From Candidatus Latescibacterota bacterium (lineage in GTDB: Bacteria; Latescibacterota; UBA2968), in NCBI GenBank assembly GCA_965222605.1, contig OZ244960.1, positions 2,336,001 through 2,400,000 on the forward strand: a DNA stretch of 64,000 nucleotides, given 5' to 3'. A program made the position numbers and the translations under genes. How positions within the stretch are numbered: the first letter of the stretch is position 1; each line of letters opens with the position of its first letter. Positions 10,603-21,655 of this stretch are shown in pieces. The notes beneath the pieces were generated by a model. It worked only from the letters and a program-made list of their open reading frames with translations, was not told the DNA's origin and did not search any database.

Positions 10603-11532
10603 TCACACCTTCCCCTCCAACACACATAACAACACCTCTGCTGTCGTCAGCAGATCCAGCGCATTGTGGTGCAAAATATCGCGCATTTGCACGGCATTTC
10701 CCGACCTTACAAACCGGTGATACGCATTGGGAATCTCCGCACCCGGAATATCGCCTCGCCGGGTGCGGCGGCAAATATATCGTTCCAAAGTCTGCAACTT
10801 GCAATTGGGCAACTGCCTGCCCCAAATGCGCCGCCCCACATGCAACATATCGATATGCGCTTGTCCCAGCCGAAACGGCACGCCCATAAACAAACACCGG
10901 TCGCGGATATAGGGCAAATCATACGACTTGCCATTAAAACTCACGACCACCGTTGACGCATCCAACAATGTGACGAAGTGCGTCAACAACGCGGCCTCTT
11001 CCGTATAATCTCGCGCCAGCAACTGCACAACGCGCAACGCGCCATTAAAATGCCCCAACACACCAATCAAAAACAGCGGCGTACCAGCCGTCAACCCCGT
11101 CGTCTCGATATCGACGTAAATCACATCTTCGGCGCGTGCATCAATCAAAGAATGAAATGTATCATACGGATCATGCGGCACATTCCCCACATGTAACGCG
11201 CCAATCGCGCGTTCGTGCCGCACGCCAAACTCGCGCCCGCCGCCCCGCAAAACCTCTTGAATCGTCTGATCAATCAGCAAAAATGTGCCTGCGGGCGTAT
11301 GAATCTCCTCGCCCTGTGCCACTTCGTCCAGCGCGAGATGCAATCGCGCATCGGACGCAGTAGCCATCACGCGCAACGCGCCGGGATCGGGCGCGCGTCT
11401 CTCTCCACGGCCAGGACGGACTTCGGGTTCCTCTTGCTGCTCGGCTTCAGAAACCTCATCTGCGTGTTTCAAATCGCGGCGATTGAGCGCGGCGATGCGT
11501 TTTCTCATCTCATCAGAAATCATAAGAAACAA
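10603..11532 (-). CDS. YprB-like RNase H-fold (DEDD) exonuclease
   Basis: IYVDIETTGL, VSFNGKSYDLPYI, HIDMLH, CKLQTLE, HHNALDL. Confidence 0.85.
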   Translation of the reverse strand: MFLMISDEMRKRIAALNRRDLKHADEVSEAEQQEEPEVRPGRGERRAPDPGALRVMATASDARLHLALDEVAQGEEIHTPAGTFLLIDQTIQEVLRGGGREFGVRHERAIGALHVGNVPHDPYDTFHSLIDARAEDVIYVDIETTGLTAGTPLFLIGVLGHFNGALRVVQLLARDYTEEAALLTHFVTLLDASTVVVSFNGKSYDLPYIRDRCLFMGVPFRLGQAHIDMLHVGRRIWGRQLPNCKLQTLERYICRRTRRGDIPGAEIPNAYHRFVRSGNAVQMRDILHHNALDLLTTAEVLLCVLEGKV

Positions 11533-11614
11533 TATACTCGCACAACAACCGATCCGTCAAGGTTATAGAAAAAAACTCGCATAAAAGAAGCCGTTTGGTT
11601 AAGTTAGGACACCT

Positions 11615-13519
11615 ATGAGACGAATCTATCCTTTAATTCTTTTACTCCTCTGTGGTTGTCTCGCCCCCGATCCAGGGCACCGTGTAAAAACGGGTGAAGC
11701 CGCTCAATCCAACGCAGCGATTCACGAAACGCGCGCACCCAAACAAATCGACCCAGAAATCCTGATCAACCGCACATTTGAAGAAGCCCCCATCCTCGCT
11801 GAAAAAGTCAAAAAGGGGGAACTCCCCCCCGTATCTGAACGCCTGCCTGAAAATCCACTCATCGTCGTCCCCCTGGACACCATCGGACAATACGGTGGCG
11901 TTTTGCGACGCGCACTCACCGGCGACATCATCCAAACAGCGGGAACCAATAAAACACTGAGCGAAAACCTCATGGGATTTTCGCGTCCCTTGCCCGACAG
12001 CATCGTACACAACCTCGCGGAGAGTTTTGAATTTCGCGACGAAGGAAGAACCGCAATTTTCAAAATCCGCAAAGGCATCAAATGGTCAGACGGCGTGCCA
12101 TTTACAGTTGACGACATATTGTTCTGGTACTACGACATGACCTTTGACGACAATGCCCGTCCCCACAACCAGCCCGTACCCCCCTCTGTCTGGGTGGTCG
12201 ATGGCAAACCCATTGACCTCAAAAAAATCGACGACCACACCCTTGAAGTCTCATCTGCTAAACCACTCGGTCGCGTATTACACGCCCTGTGTTTAGACGT
12301 CATCGCACAGCCCAAACACCATCTGTCACACCTGCACCCCCGCTACAATCCCGAAGCGACCTATGAAGGGTTTCGAGAACAAGCGACCAATGCCATGGTC
12401 ATCATGAAACCCGGCATGCCGCGCCTATCCGCCTGGGTCCCCGTTGAATGGATTCGCGGTCAACGCATCGTCTATGAACGCAACCCCTATTATTGGAAAA
12501 TCGACACAGCCGGCAATCAATTGCCCTATGCGGACCGCATTGAATTTACAGTCATTCAAGATCCCCAGGTGATCCTGCTCAAATTTGTCAACGGCGAACT
12601 CGACCTATTCGGGCGTTACTCTCGCATCAACATGTTTCCCACACTGCGCACCGAAGAAAAAAAGGGCAAATTTAAATTGCGGATCACCGGTCCAGACCGC
12701 GGTCCCGCCTATTACCTCAATTGGGACACCCCAAAACCCGTCCTGCGAGAAGCTTTTCGCAACCGCGACGTGCGCATTGCCCTGTCATACGCGATCAACC
12801 GCGAAGAAATCAACCAGATCGTCTATCACGGCCTCCTTGATCCCGCGGGCTACTCCTTCGCGCCCTCTAACCCGCACTATTCAGAAACAGCCTATCGCCA
12901 ATATTCCAAATTCGACCCCGACAAATCCCGCGATCTCCTCGACAAAGCCGGATACCGCGACACAGATGGCGATGGTTGGCGCGAGCTCAAAGATGGCTCG
13001 CGCTTTGAACTCAACATCGACGTCGTTCCCGGCGTTGGCGTCGATGTTTCCGAACTCGTCTCCGAACACTGGCGCAGCATTGGCATCAAAGCCAACCTGA
13101 ACATTTCCCTGCGCGACATTATATGGCCCCGCCGCCTCAACGGCGAATTTGACATTCACCACTGGGGACTCGAAGGTCCCGCCGACCCCCTGGGCCGCCT
13201 CAATGACTGGGCAATTATGGCACCCACCGTCCCCTTTTGGCACCGCAACGCCTCCAAAGAGGGTCCCGCGTGGTTGCACGAAGCCACAACGCGCATCAAA
13301 AAAGTATTGACAACCGTAGATCCCATAGCCGTACATGAACACATGACAAACGTGCGCGACCTCCACACCGAAAACGTACCCGTTATAGTCGTCGGCTCTG
13401 CCTACTCCATCTGGGGAGCCAGCACGCGACTGGGCAATGTTCCATTTCAGGGCAGTGCCGCCGACGTGCATCGCGGCTGGGGTCGCCCCGTGTTTCACGA
13501 ACAGATATTCATAAAATAG
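11615..13519 (+). CDS. ABC transporter substrate-binding lipoprotein, family 5
   Basis: Lipobox LCGC; GELPPVSERLPENP, IRKGIKWSDGVPFTVDD, RNPYYWKIDTAGNQLPY. Confidence 0.93.
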   Translation: MRRIYPLILLLLCGCLAPDPGHRVKTGEAAQSNAAIHETRAPKQIDPEILINRTFEEAPILAEKVKKGELPPVSERLPENPLIVVPLDTIGQYGGVLRRALTGDIIQTAGTNKTLSENLMGFSRPLPDSIVHNLAESFEFRDEGRTAIFKIRKGIKWSDGVPFTVDDILFWYYDMTFDDNARPHNQPVPPSVWVVDGKPIDLKKIDDHTLEVSSAKPLGRVLHALCLDVIAQPKHHLSHLHPRYNPEATYEGFREQATNAMVIMKPGMPRLSAWVPVEWIRGQRIVYERNPYYWKIDTAGNQLPYADRIEFTVIQDPQVILLKFVNGELDLFGRYSRINMFPTLRTEEKKGKFKLRITGPDRGPAYYLNWDTPKPVLREAFRNRDVRIALSYAINREEINQIVYHGLLDPAGYSFAPSNPHYSETAYRQYSKFDPDKSRDLLDKAGYRDTDGDGWRELKDGSRFELNIDVVPGVGVDVSELVSEHWRSIGIKANLNISLRDIIWPRRLNGEFDIHHWGLEGPADPLGRLNDWAIMAPTVPFWHRNASKEGPAWLHEATTRIKKVLTTVDPIAVHEHMTNVRDLHTENVPVIVVGSAYSIWGASTRLGNVPFQGSAADVHRGWGRPVFHEQIFIK

Positions 13520-13523
13520 CGAT

Positions 13524-14522
13524 ATGACCAACTACATCATCCGCCGTCTATTTCACATGATCCCCACGCTGCTCCTGATTTCAATGGTCAGCTTTGTGGT
13601 CATTCAAGCGCCGCCGGGCGATATGCTCACCTCTCGCCTCGCCGAATTGGCCGAACAGGGTGAACTCGGGTCTGAAAGCGCGATGGCGCAAATTGACGCC
13701 CTGCGCGACCGCTATGGCCTCAACGACCCGATCTATGTGCAATACATCCGCTGGATCTGGAAAATCGTCAGCGAAGGCGACTTCGGGCAATCCTTCACCT
13801 ACGAAATGGATGTGATAGAACTCCTGGCTGAACGCCTGGGACTCACACTAACCCTTACACTCTCCACATTGATCTTCACCTGGATCGTCGCCATCCCCAT
13901 TGGCATCTACTCTGCCACCCGACAATATTCAATTGGCGATTACGGCTTTACATTTCTCGGATTTATCGGTCTGGCCACGCCAAACTTTTTGCTGGCTCTG
14001 GTCATTATGTTCATTCAGGTCGCCGTCTTTGAAGCCAAATCCGTAGGCGGCCTTCTCTCTCCCGAATACATCGGCGCTGCCTGGTCGTGGGCAAAATTTG
14101 TCGATCTCCTCAAACATATCTGGGTACCCATCATCGTCATCGGCACGGGCAGCACAGCGGGCATTATCCGCATTATGCGCGGCAACTTGCTCGACATACT
14201 CGGCCAACAGCACATTCAAACCGGCCGCGCCAAGGGCCTCAAAGAAGGCAAAGTCATCGTCAAATACGGCGTGCGCATCGCCATCAACCCCCTCGTCAGC
14301 CGCCTGGGTCTCGAACTGCCCAGCCTGCTCTCTGGCGCCGTTGTCACCGGCATTGTGCTGGGCCTGCCAACAGCCGGTCCCATTTTTCTCACTGCACTCA
14401 CATCTCAAGACATGTATCTGGCAGGTGCATTCCTGCTCCTATCCGCCACATTCTTGCTCATCGGCAACTTATTAGCCGATATTCTCCTGGCATGGCTCGA
14501 CCCGAGGATTCGCTATGAGTAG
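13524..14522 (+). CDS. Peptide/nickel ABC transporter permease (OppB-like)
   Basis: YIIRRL start, GRAKGLKE loop, LDPRIRY end. Confidence 0.93.
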   Translation: MTNYIIRRLFHMIPTLLLISMVSFVVIQAPPGDMLTSRLAELAEQGELGSESAMAQIDALRDRYGLNDPIYVQYIRWIWKIVSEGDFGQSFTYEMDVIELLAERLGLTLTLTLSTLIFTWIVAIPIGIYSATRQYSIGDYGFTFLGFIGLATPNFLLALVIMFIQVAVFEAKSVGGLLSPEYIGAAWSWAKFVDLLKHIWVPIIVIGTGSTAGIIRIMRGNLLDILGQQHIQTGRAKGLKEGKVIVKYGVRIAINPLVSRLGLELPSLLSGAVVTGIVLGLPTAGPIFLTALTSQDMYLAGAFLLLSATFLLIGNLLADILLAWLDPRIRYE

Positions 14523-15648
14523 TGTCGTCGCAACACCTCCCGACGAGCGCGTGGAAAAAGAAATCACAACCACCGCCACCTATTCACAGCGCCAGCTCAT
14601 CTGGCGGCGTTTCAAAAAACACCGCGCTGGCGTCATCGGTGGATGTGTGGTCATCTTTCTTTATCTCTGCGTCTTTCTGGGCGAATTTCTATCCCCACAC
14701 GACCCGGCGCATCGCTATTACAACTATGTACACCTGCCCGCCCAGCGCATCCACATATTCTCTCAAGACGGCATCCACTGGCCCTTTGTTTACGGCATCA
14801 AAAAATCCTTTGACCTGCAAACCGGCATCAAAAATTATACCGAAGACGCCTCTGTGCGCTATCCCGTGTACCCCTTTGTGCGAGGTGCCCAATATACATT
14901 CTACGGCCTCTTTACCACCGACATCCACCTGTTTGGCACCGGCAAAGACAATCCCATGTTCCTCTTTGGAACCGACCGTTTTGGACGCGACATGCTCTCG
15001 CGCATCATTGTAGGGGGCCGCATCTCCCTCACCATTGGCCTGCTCGCCGTATTCATCAGCCTCACCCTCGGCTCCGCACTCGGCGTAATCTCTGGCTATT
15101 ACGGAGGCAATGTCGATAATATCATCCAGCGCATCATCGAACTCATCTTTGCGTTTCCATCTATCCCCATTCTCATGGCCCTCAGTGCCATATTGCCTCC
15201 CGAATGGCCTTCGCACCTGGTCTTTATGGGCATTGTCACCGTCCTCGCGCTCGTGGGATGGGGCGGACTCGCCCGTGAAATACGCGGCAAAACCCTGTCC
15301 ATCCGCGAAGCCGACTTTGTACTGGCCGCTCGCGTGGCTGGCGCCAAAGATCGGCGCATCATCTTTCGGCACCTGCTCCCGTCCATGTTCAGCCACATCA
15401 TCGTCATTGCAACCCTCGCCATCCCGGGATTTATCCTTGGCGAAAGCACATTGAGTTTTCTCGGCCTGGGCATCAAACCCCCCATGACATCCTGGGGATT
15501 GCTCTTATCCGACGCCATGAACATTCATTCGCTCAGCCTCTATCCCTGGCTTCTCATGCCGGGTGTCTGCATCATCATCGCCGTCCTCGCCTTTAATTTC
15601 CTCGGCGATGGCCTGCGCGATGCAGCCGACCCGTATTCCAGTAGATAA
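14515..15648 (+). CDS. Peptide/nickel ABC transporter permease (OppC-like)
   Basis: FGTDRFGRDMLSR, AARVAGA, FNFLGDGLRDAADP. Confidence 0.93.
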   Translation: MSSVVATPPDERVEKEITTTATYSQRQLIWRRFKKHRAGVIGGCVVIFLYLCVFLGEFLSPHDPAHRYYNYVHLPAQRIHIFSQDGIHWPFVYGIKKSFDLQTGIKNYTEDASVRYPVYPFVRGAQYTFYGLFTTDIHLFGTGKDNPMFLFGTDRFGRDMLSRIIVGGRISLTIGLLAVFISLTLGSALGVISGYYGGNVDNIIQRIIELIFAFPSIPILMALSAILPPEWPSHLVFMGIVTVLALVGWGGLAREIRGKTLSIREADFVLAARVAGAKDRRIIFRHLLPSMFSHIIVIATLAIPGFILGESTLSFLGLGIKPPMTSWGLLLSDAMNIHSLSLYPWLLMPGVCIIIAVLAFNFLGDGLRDAADPYSSR

Positions 15649-15651
15649 AAT

Positions 15652-16641
15652 ATGACCCAACCGCTCTTAGACATCCGCGACCTCAAAACCTATTTCTACA
15701 CCGATGACGGCGTCGTGCGCGCGGTCGATGGCGTATCCCTATCCATAGCGCCCCAAAAAACACTCGGCGTAGTCGGCGAATCGGGCTGCGGGAAAAGCAT
15801 CACGGCCTTTTCAACCATGCGCCTCATCCCGAGTCCACCGGGCAAAATCGAAAATGGACGAATCCTCTTTCACAAAGACCCCGAAAGCGATCCCATTGAC
15901 CTGACACAACTCAACCCCAAAGGCACGCAGATGCGCGACATTCGCGGGAATGACATCGCCATGATCTTTCAGGAGCCTATGACCTCTCTCAGCCCTGTAC
16001 ACACCGTGGGCAATCAAATTGCCGAGGCGATCAGGCTACATCAGAATACAAACAAAAAAGAAGCCCGTGAACGCACGATCGATGCCCTCAACAAAGTGCG
16101 CCTACCCCGTCCCGACCGTCAGGTCGATGCGTATCCCCATGAACTCTCAGGTGGCATGCGCCAGCGCGCCATGATCGCAATGGCCCTCTCGTGCAATCCC
16201 AGCTTGCTCATCGCCGACGAACCCACGACAGCCCTCGATGTCACAGTGCAGGCCCAAATCCTGGACCTGATGCGCGATCTCCAATCCGACATTGGCATGG
16301 CGATCATGCTCATCACCCACGACCTCGGCGTCGTCGCCACCATGGCCGATTATGTCGCGGTGATGTACCTGGGCAAAATCGTCGAATATTCCGACACGCG
16401 CACCGTCTTCAAAAATCCGCGCCATCCCTACACCAGGGGCCTGCTGAACTCCATCCCACAAGTGGGTCAAAAACGCCGCCTGGTACCCATCGAAGGCACA
16501 ATCCCCGATCCTTTTGAAATCCCACAGGGCTGCGCCTTTGCCCCGCGTTGCCCGCATGCAATGGATAAGTGTCGCGAAGAACCACAACTCCTCGAAATCG
16601 AATCGGGTCATCGTGTCAGTTGCTGGCTGGAAAACATGTAA
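15652..16641 (+). CDS. Peptide ABC transporter ATPase (OppD-like)
   Basis: GESGCGKS, LSGGMRQR, ADEPTTALD, C-terminal GCAFAPRC. Confidence 0.95.
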   Translation: MTQPLLDIRDLKTYFYTDDGVVRAVDGVSLSIAPQKTLGVVGESGCGKSITAFSTMRLIPSPPGKIENGRILFHKDPESDPIDLTQLNPKGTQMRDIRGNDIAMIFQEPMTSLSPVHTVGNQIAEAIRLHQNTNKKEARERTIDALNKVRLPRPDRQVDAYPHELSGGMRQRAMIAMALSCNPSLLIADEPTTALDVTVQAQILDLMRDLQSDIGMAIMLITHDLGVVATMADYVAVMYLGKIVEYSDTRTVFKNPRHPYTRGLLNSIPQVGQKRRLVPIEGTIPDPFEIPQGCAFAPRCPHAMDKCREEPQLLEIESGHRVSCWLENM

Positions 16642-16768
16642 AAATGCAACGCCTTGCCATTACCTATCTGCTGTATAGATAGATACGGACAACTCTATTT
16701 TTTAAAATTTTCGAACTTTCCCAATTTGACCAAATTTTTTTTATGTAACGTCAGTATCATCTGAACTT

Positions 16769-17488
16769 ATGCAAAAAATGCGTCAGATGGTCAGAATCAA
16801 AGAAGGGAAGTTCATTCCCAATGTTTTTGATGCATCAATATTTGATGAGCGTCCGCTTAGAGAAATAACAAGAGAGCATAATAATAGGGCACAAGTACTT
16901 ACTGAAACCTTTTTTCGGATGAAATCACAAGGAGGAGTAGTTATCGGGACTGCTGGATTTTTTCGGCCTATAAAAGGGTTTCACATTCTCTTACAGGCAT
17001 TTGGGAGGATTGTTAAAGTTTATCCCGATACTCGCTTGCTCGTTGTTGGCCAGCTTGCAAGACAAGCCTACAAAAGAGATATGTTGCAGCAAATCAGTGA
17101 TATGGGGATCAAACGGCAAGTAGTTTTTACGGGTTATATTCCACATCCAGAAGTGATGGCGTGGATGAACGAGATGGATATTTTTGCATTTCCTTCGCTT
17201 CATGAAGGTTCGCCAAATGCGCTCATAGAAGCGATGGCCTGTGAACTACCCATCGTGGCCTCTCGAGTAGGTGGTATTGTCGATATAGTTGAAGATAATA
17301 GGGATAGCCTTCTCGTTCCTGCAGATGACTCCGATATGTTATCGCAAAAATTACAATGCTTAATTCAGGATCAAGACCTCAGGAAGAGGCTTGGAAAAGC
17401 CGCAAAACATAAAGTAGAAAGCCTATTTTCCCCAACTCAAGAAACGGAAAATTGGCTTGAGATCTATCATCGTGTGCTGAACAAATAA
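16769..17488 (+). pseudogene. N-terminally truncated GT4 glycosyltransferase
   Basis: KGFHILLQAF, FAFPSLHEGSPNALIEAMAC; upstream in-frame VTSVSSEL remnant but most of the N-domain is missing. Confidence 0.7.
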
Positions 17489-17532
17489 CGTGTCTGTCCC
17501 TATGGCATAATCCTCAATCGGAAGATACGCTG

Positions 17533-18303
17533 ATGCGTTTCATAAAAGTATTCACCATTCTCACTATAACCCTTTTGGTCCCGTATATAACCACTACGGC
17601 ACAGGACTTGCCAACAGAAGTATTTGTCCCCCAAAAACACCGAATCAGCGTTGATGTCGGACTGGCAAATTACACAAACAGAGATGATTTGGCATCGCCG
17701 CTACTGTATAAAGGCTACGACAAAACAATCGCGTTTTCGTACACGTATAAAGGGAGGAAGAATTGGCATTGGGTGCAGGTACATATTATGACAGGCGAAT
17801 TAAAAACATCTTCGCTCAGAAATTTCGCTGACCATAATTATGGGCAATTACAATACGGGTATGCGCGTCTATTGTCAGGGAGTTCGAGTGCCAACATGGC
17901 CTTTTGGTTGGGGGGAAGTTTGAATAATATAGCTTCTTTAAGAAGATATTCTTTTTTTCCTTCTCTTTTGCGTCAATCAAAAGAAATAGCAGCTTCGACC
18001 CTCAATATCAACCTTTTGTACGAGCTATTATCTCTTAAAAGACAAAGGATTGTTTTCTCCTTGTCCGCTCCAGTTTTAAGTTATTTAGAGCGAGATGGTT
18101 ATGTTGCGAGCAGCATGAATCACCAGCTAACCAGTCTCAACAGTTATCAACGCTTCCGGTTTTCCTCACTTTATGAACGCACCTTTTCTGCTTATTTCAA
18201 ATTGCGTCTTACATATTGGTTTATCTACCAGCGTTATTCCCAACCGCGAAAAACAATTTCCGTTTTTCACGGTCTGAGTGGGGGCATCTCATTCCAATTC
18301 TGA
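17533..18303 (+). CDS. Putative outer-membrane beta-barrel protein
   Basis: Signal peptide, RDDLASPLLYKG motif, alternating aromatic strands, terminal SFQF. Confidence 0.6.
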   Translation: MRFIKVFTILTITLLVPYITTTAQDLPTEVFVPQKHRISVDVGLANYTNRDDLASPLLYKGYDKTIAFSYTYKGRKNWHWVQVHIMTGELKTSSLRNFADHNYGQLQYGYARLLSGSSSANMAFWLGGSLNNIASLRRYSFFPSLLRQSKEIAASTLNINLLYELLSLKRQRIVFSLSAPVLSYLERDGYVASSMNHQLTSLNSYQRFRFSSLYERTFSAYFKLRLTYWFIYQRYSQPRKTISVFHGLSGGISFQF

Positions 18304-18315
18304 GAGGAGTAGGCA

Positions 18316-19353
18316 TTGCGTTTTTTGACCCGAATCGCTGTCCTCATCTTCTTGCCGGTATTGCTTTCTTGCGGCGAAACCCTGGTCGGTTCTGATCCTG
18401 CCAATACGCCGCAGAACAATTTCCAAATTTTATGGGACGACTTTGATCGCTATTATGCCCTGTTTGAGGTCAAAAACGTCGATTGGAATGCCCTGTATGA
18501 CATCTACGCGCCGCAAGTCACCGATCAGACGAATGATCGCGAGTTGTTTGACATTCTGTCTGCTATGCTGACGCACTTAAACGATGTTCATGTTAATCTA
18601 ATCACAACGTTTGAACGATTCAACTCAAGCTATGCAAACTATCCAAACGGAAAACCTGAAGGGACTCTCAATCTCTCTCTTGTGAAACGCAAATACTTGC
18701 GCTCTGATTATCAAACCACAGGGAATGGTGTTTTTACTTCTGGTCAAATTTCTGATACCATAGGCTATGTACACATTGAGACTTTCGGTAATGACACATA
18801 CCATGACTGGGTCGAAGCGATAGACCCCATTGTGAACGAGTTTGTTGATCACAGGGGTTTCATTGTCGATGTAAGAAATAATGGTGGAGGACACGTTTTT
18901 AACGTCGAAGCGATTGCGGGACGCTTTGCAGACCAGAAGAGATTGTACGCTCTTTCTCAAAGACGTAATGGCACTCGACATTCAGGTTTTACTCCCATTC
19001 GAGAAAGATATGTCGAGCCTGCAGGGAGTAAACAATTTACCAAACCCATTATTGTACTCACAGATAGAGGGACTGTAAGTGGTGCGGAATATTTCGTATT
19101 GGCGATGAAGCAATTTCCTTATGTTACGATAGTCGGAGATTTTACGTTGGGAGGTCTGGCGCATCCTCTCTATCGAGAACTTCCCAATGGTTGGACATAC
19201 ATAATTTCTATAGAAAAGACATTTTCGGCTGATCAGGTTCTGTATGAAGGCGTTGGTATTCCCCCGGATATTCACGTTGCGATCTCACCTGACGACATAG
19301 CTATGGAAAAAGACCCGGTTATCGAGATGGCAATACAACTGCTGAGTGATTGA
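18316..19353 (+). CDS. S41-family peptidase lipoprotein (tricorn C1 plus S41)
   Basis: Lipobox LLSC; NFQILWDDFDRYY, IVDVRNNGGG, TVSGAE, ELPNGW, EGVGIPPD. Confidence 0.9.
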   Translation: MRFLTRIAVLIFLPVLLSCGETLVGSDPANTPQNNFQILWDDFDRYYALFEVKNVDWNALYDIYAPQVTDQTNDRELFDILSAMLTHLNDVHVNLITTFERFNSSYANYPNGKPEGTLNLSLVKRKYLRSDYQTTGNGVFTSGQISDTIGYVHIETFGNDTYHDWVEAIDPIVNEFVDHRGFIVDVRNNGGGHVFNVEAIAGRFADQKRLYALSQRRNGTRHSGFTPIRERYVEPAGSKQFTKPIIVLTDRGTVSGAEYFVLAMKQFPYVTIVGDFTLGGLAHPLYRELPNGWTYIISIEKTFSADQVLYEGVGIPPDIHVAISPDDIAMEKDPVIEMAIQLLSD

Positions 19354-19742
19354 AATACGATGAATCCGGGCGGCAAAAGCCTTATGACTGGCTTGAAGGC
19401 AGATAGCGCATCACCTGATGAACTGCTGTCGCAGTGGTACACCGCTCCGTATTGGCCTTGTAGTATCTTTGGTAACGAATGAATTATTCTTTTGAATTTT
19501 GGTTTAGATGATGGAAAAGGAAACGATATTTTTCATGTACCATCACCTCCCGGCAACGCTTTGTGGTCGGGAATTTTTATTGCGTTAAAACAATGGCGCG
19601 GGATATTGCGATGTCCTATATTATTCATCGGTACGCTCAGTTCCTGCCTGCCGTCAGGCAGGTCTGCACCGCTCGGCAACCGCAAGGTAGGCAAGATGCT
19701 ATTATAGACAGGCGAATGCTCATTGTTGATTTTTAAAACATC

Positions 19743-20771
<1,029 letters not shown>

Positions 20772-20815
20772 AAAAATTAAGGGCGCGTTTCTGCATGCTC
20801 CGTCCTTAACTTCCC

Positions 20816-20843
20816 TTGACTTGATACTATTATTTAGTATATT
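20816..20843 (+). promoter_or_regulatory. TA operon promoter with overlapping palindromic operator
   Basis: TTGACT-16 nt-TATATT containing the inverted repeat atacta-ttatt-tagtat; ATG only 5 nt downstream (leaderless). Confidence 0.5.
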
Positions 20844-20848
20844 CAAAA

Positions 20849-21127
20849 ATGAACTGGACCGTAACAATAGCCAGAAAGGCGCAAAAACAAATCGGACGTT
20901 TGCCCAAACAGGTTCAAAAGAATCTTCTTACTCTGATCAGGGAGATTGAAATAGCAGGTCCAGTCCGAGGAAACTGGCCGAACTACAGTTCCCTTGGAAA
21001 AAATCGGCATCATTGTCATATTAAAAAGGGAAGACCAACTTACGTTTCTGTTTGGGAAGTGAAGGACAAAAATATCAAATTGGTAGAGGTGACGTATGCA
21101 GGTACTCACGAAAAAGCACCGTACTGA
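20849..21127 (+). CDS. RelE/HigB-like toxin
   Basis: 92 aa, basic; AQKQIGRLPKQVQ, HHCHIKKGRPTYV, YAGTHEKAPY; toxin-first order. Confidence 0.75.
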   Translation: MNWTVTIARKAQKQIGRLPKQVQKNLLTLIREIEIAGPVRGNWPNYSSLGKNRHHCHIKKGRPTYVSVWEVKDKNIKLVEVTYAGTHEKAPY

Positions 21128-21452
21128 AACAGAGACCATCGAATTGCGTTTTCTTGGTCCTAAAAAAAAACGCAAGCAGGCCATCAGGACACTCGGTTCC
21201 ATGGGCTTTTTGGACATATCTGATGCAGTTCCATGGCGCGAGTGTTTTCCTTATACCGACGAGCAGTTGCCCGGTGTTTCTCTATCGGGGGCAAGGGGCA
21301 AGGAAGGGTTGACACAGCGGGAATTGTCTGAGTTGACTGGCATTCCACAACGACACATTTCAGAAATGGAAAATGGCAAACGGCCCATTGGGAAGGAAAC
21401 AGCTAAAAAACTCGGAAAAGCACTCGACATCAACTATAAGGTCTTTCTCTAA
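21096..21452 (+). CDS. XRE-family HTH antitoxin (HigA-like)
   Basis: GLTQRELSELTGIPQRHISEMENGKRPIG; overlaps the toxin gene. Confidence 0.85.
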   Translation: MQVLTKKHRTETETIELRFLGPKKKRKQAIRTLGSMGFLDISDAVPWRECFPYTDEQLPGVSLSGARGKEGLTQRELSELTGIPQRHISEMENGKRPIGKETAKKLGKALDINYKVFL

Positions 21453-21493
21453 ACGGTCTTACAAACACAATGTCATAAATCGGAAGCGCGATC

Positions 21494-21655
21494 ATGATCT
21501 ATTGGAAATCGGACAAATTTTGGCTGGGAAAACTCCTTGAATACCCAGAAATAATGACACAGAGAAAAACCCTTGTGGATTTGGAAGAAAATCTGAAAGA
21601 TGCATATCTCTTAATGGCTATGGATGATGTGCCCGAAGAATATCAGGAGAAATAA
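21494..21655 (+). pseudogene. Degenerate HicB-like antitoxin fragment
   Basis: Not in the track; MIYWKSDKFWLGKLLEYPEIMTQRKTLVDLEENLKDAYLLMAMDDVPEEYQEK (TQGxT decayed to TQRKT); no hicA partner. Confidence 0.6.

Noticed and set aside
19354-19742. Possible IS remnant or 71-aa ORF before oppF
   Set aside because: No transposase motif or terminal repeats recognised
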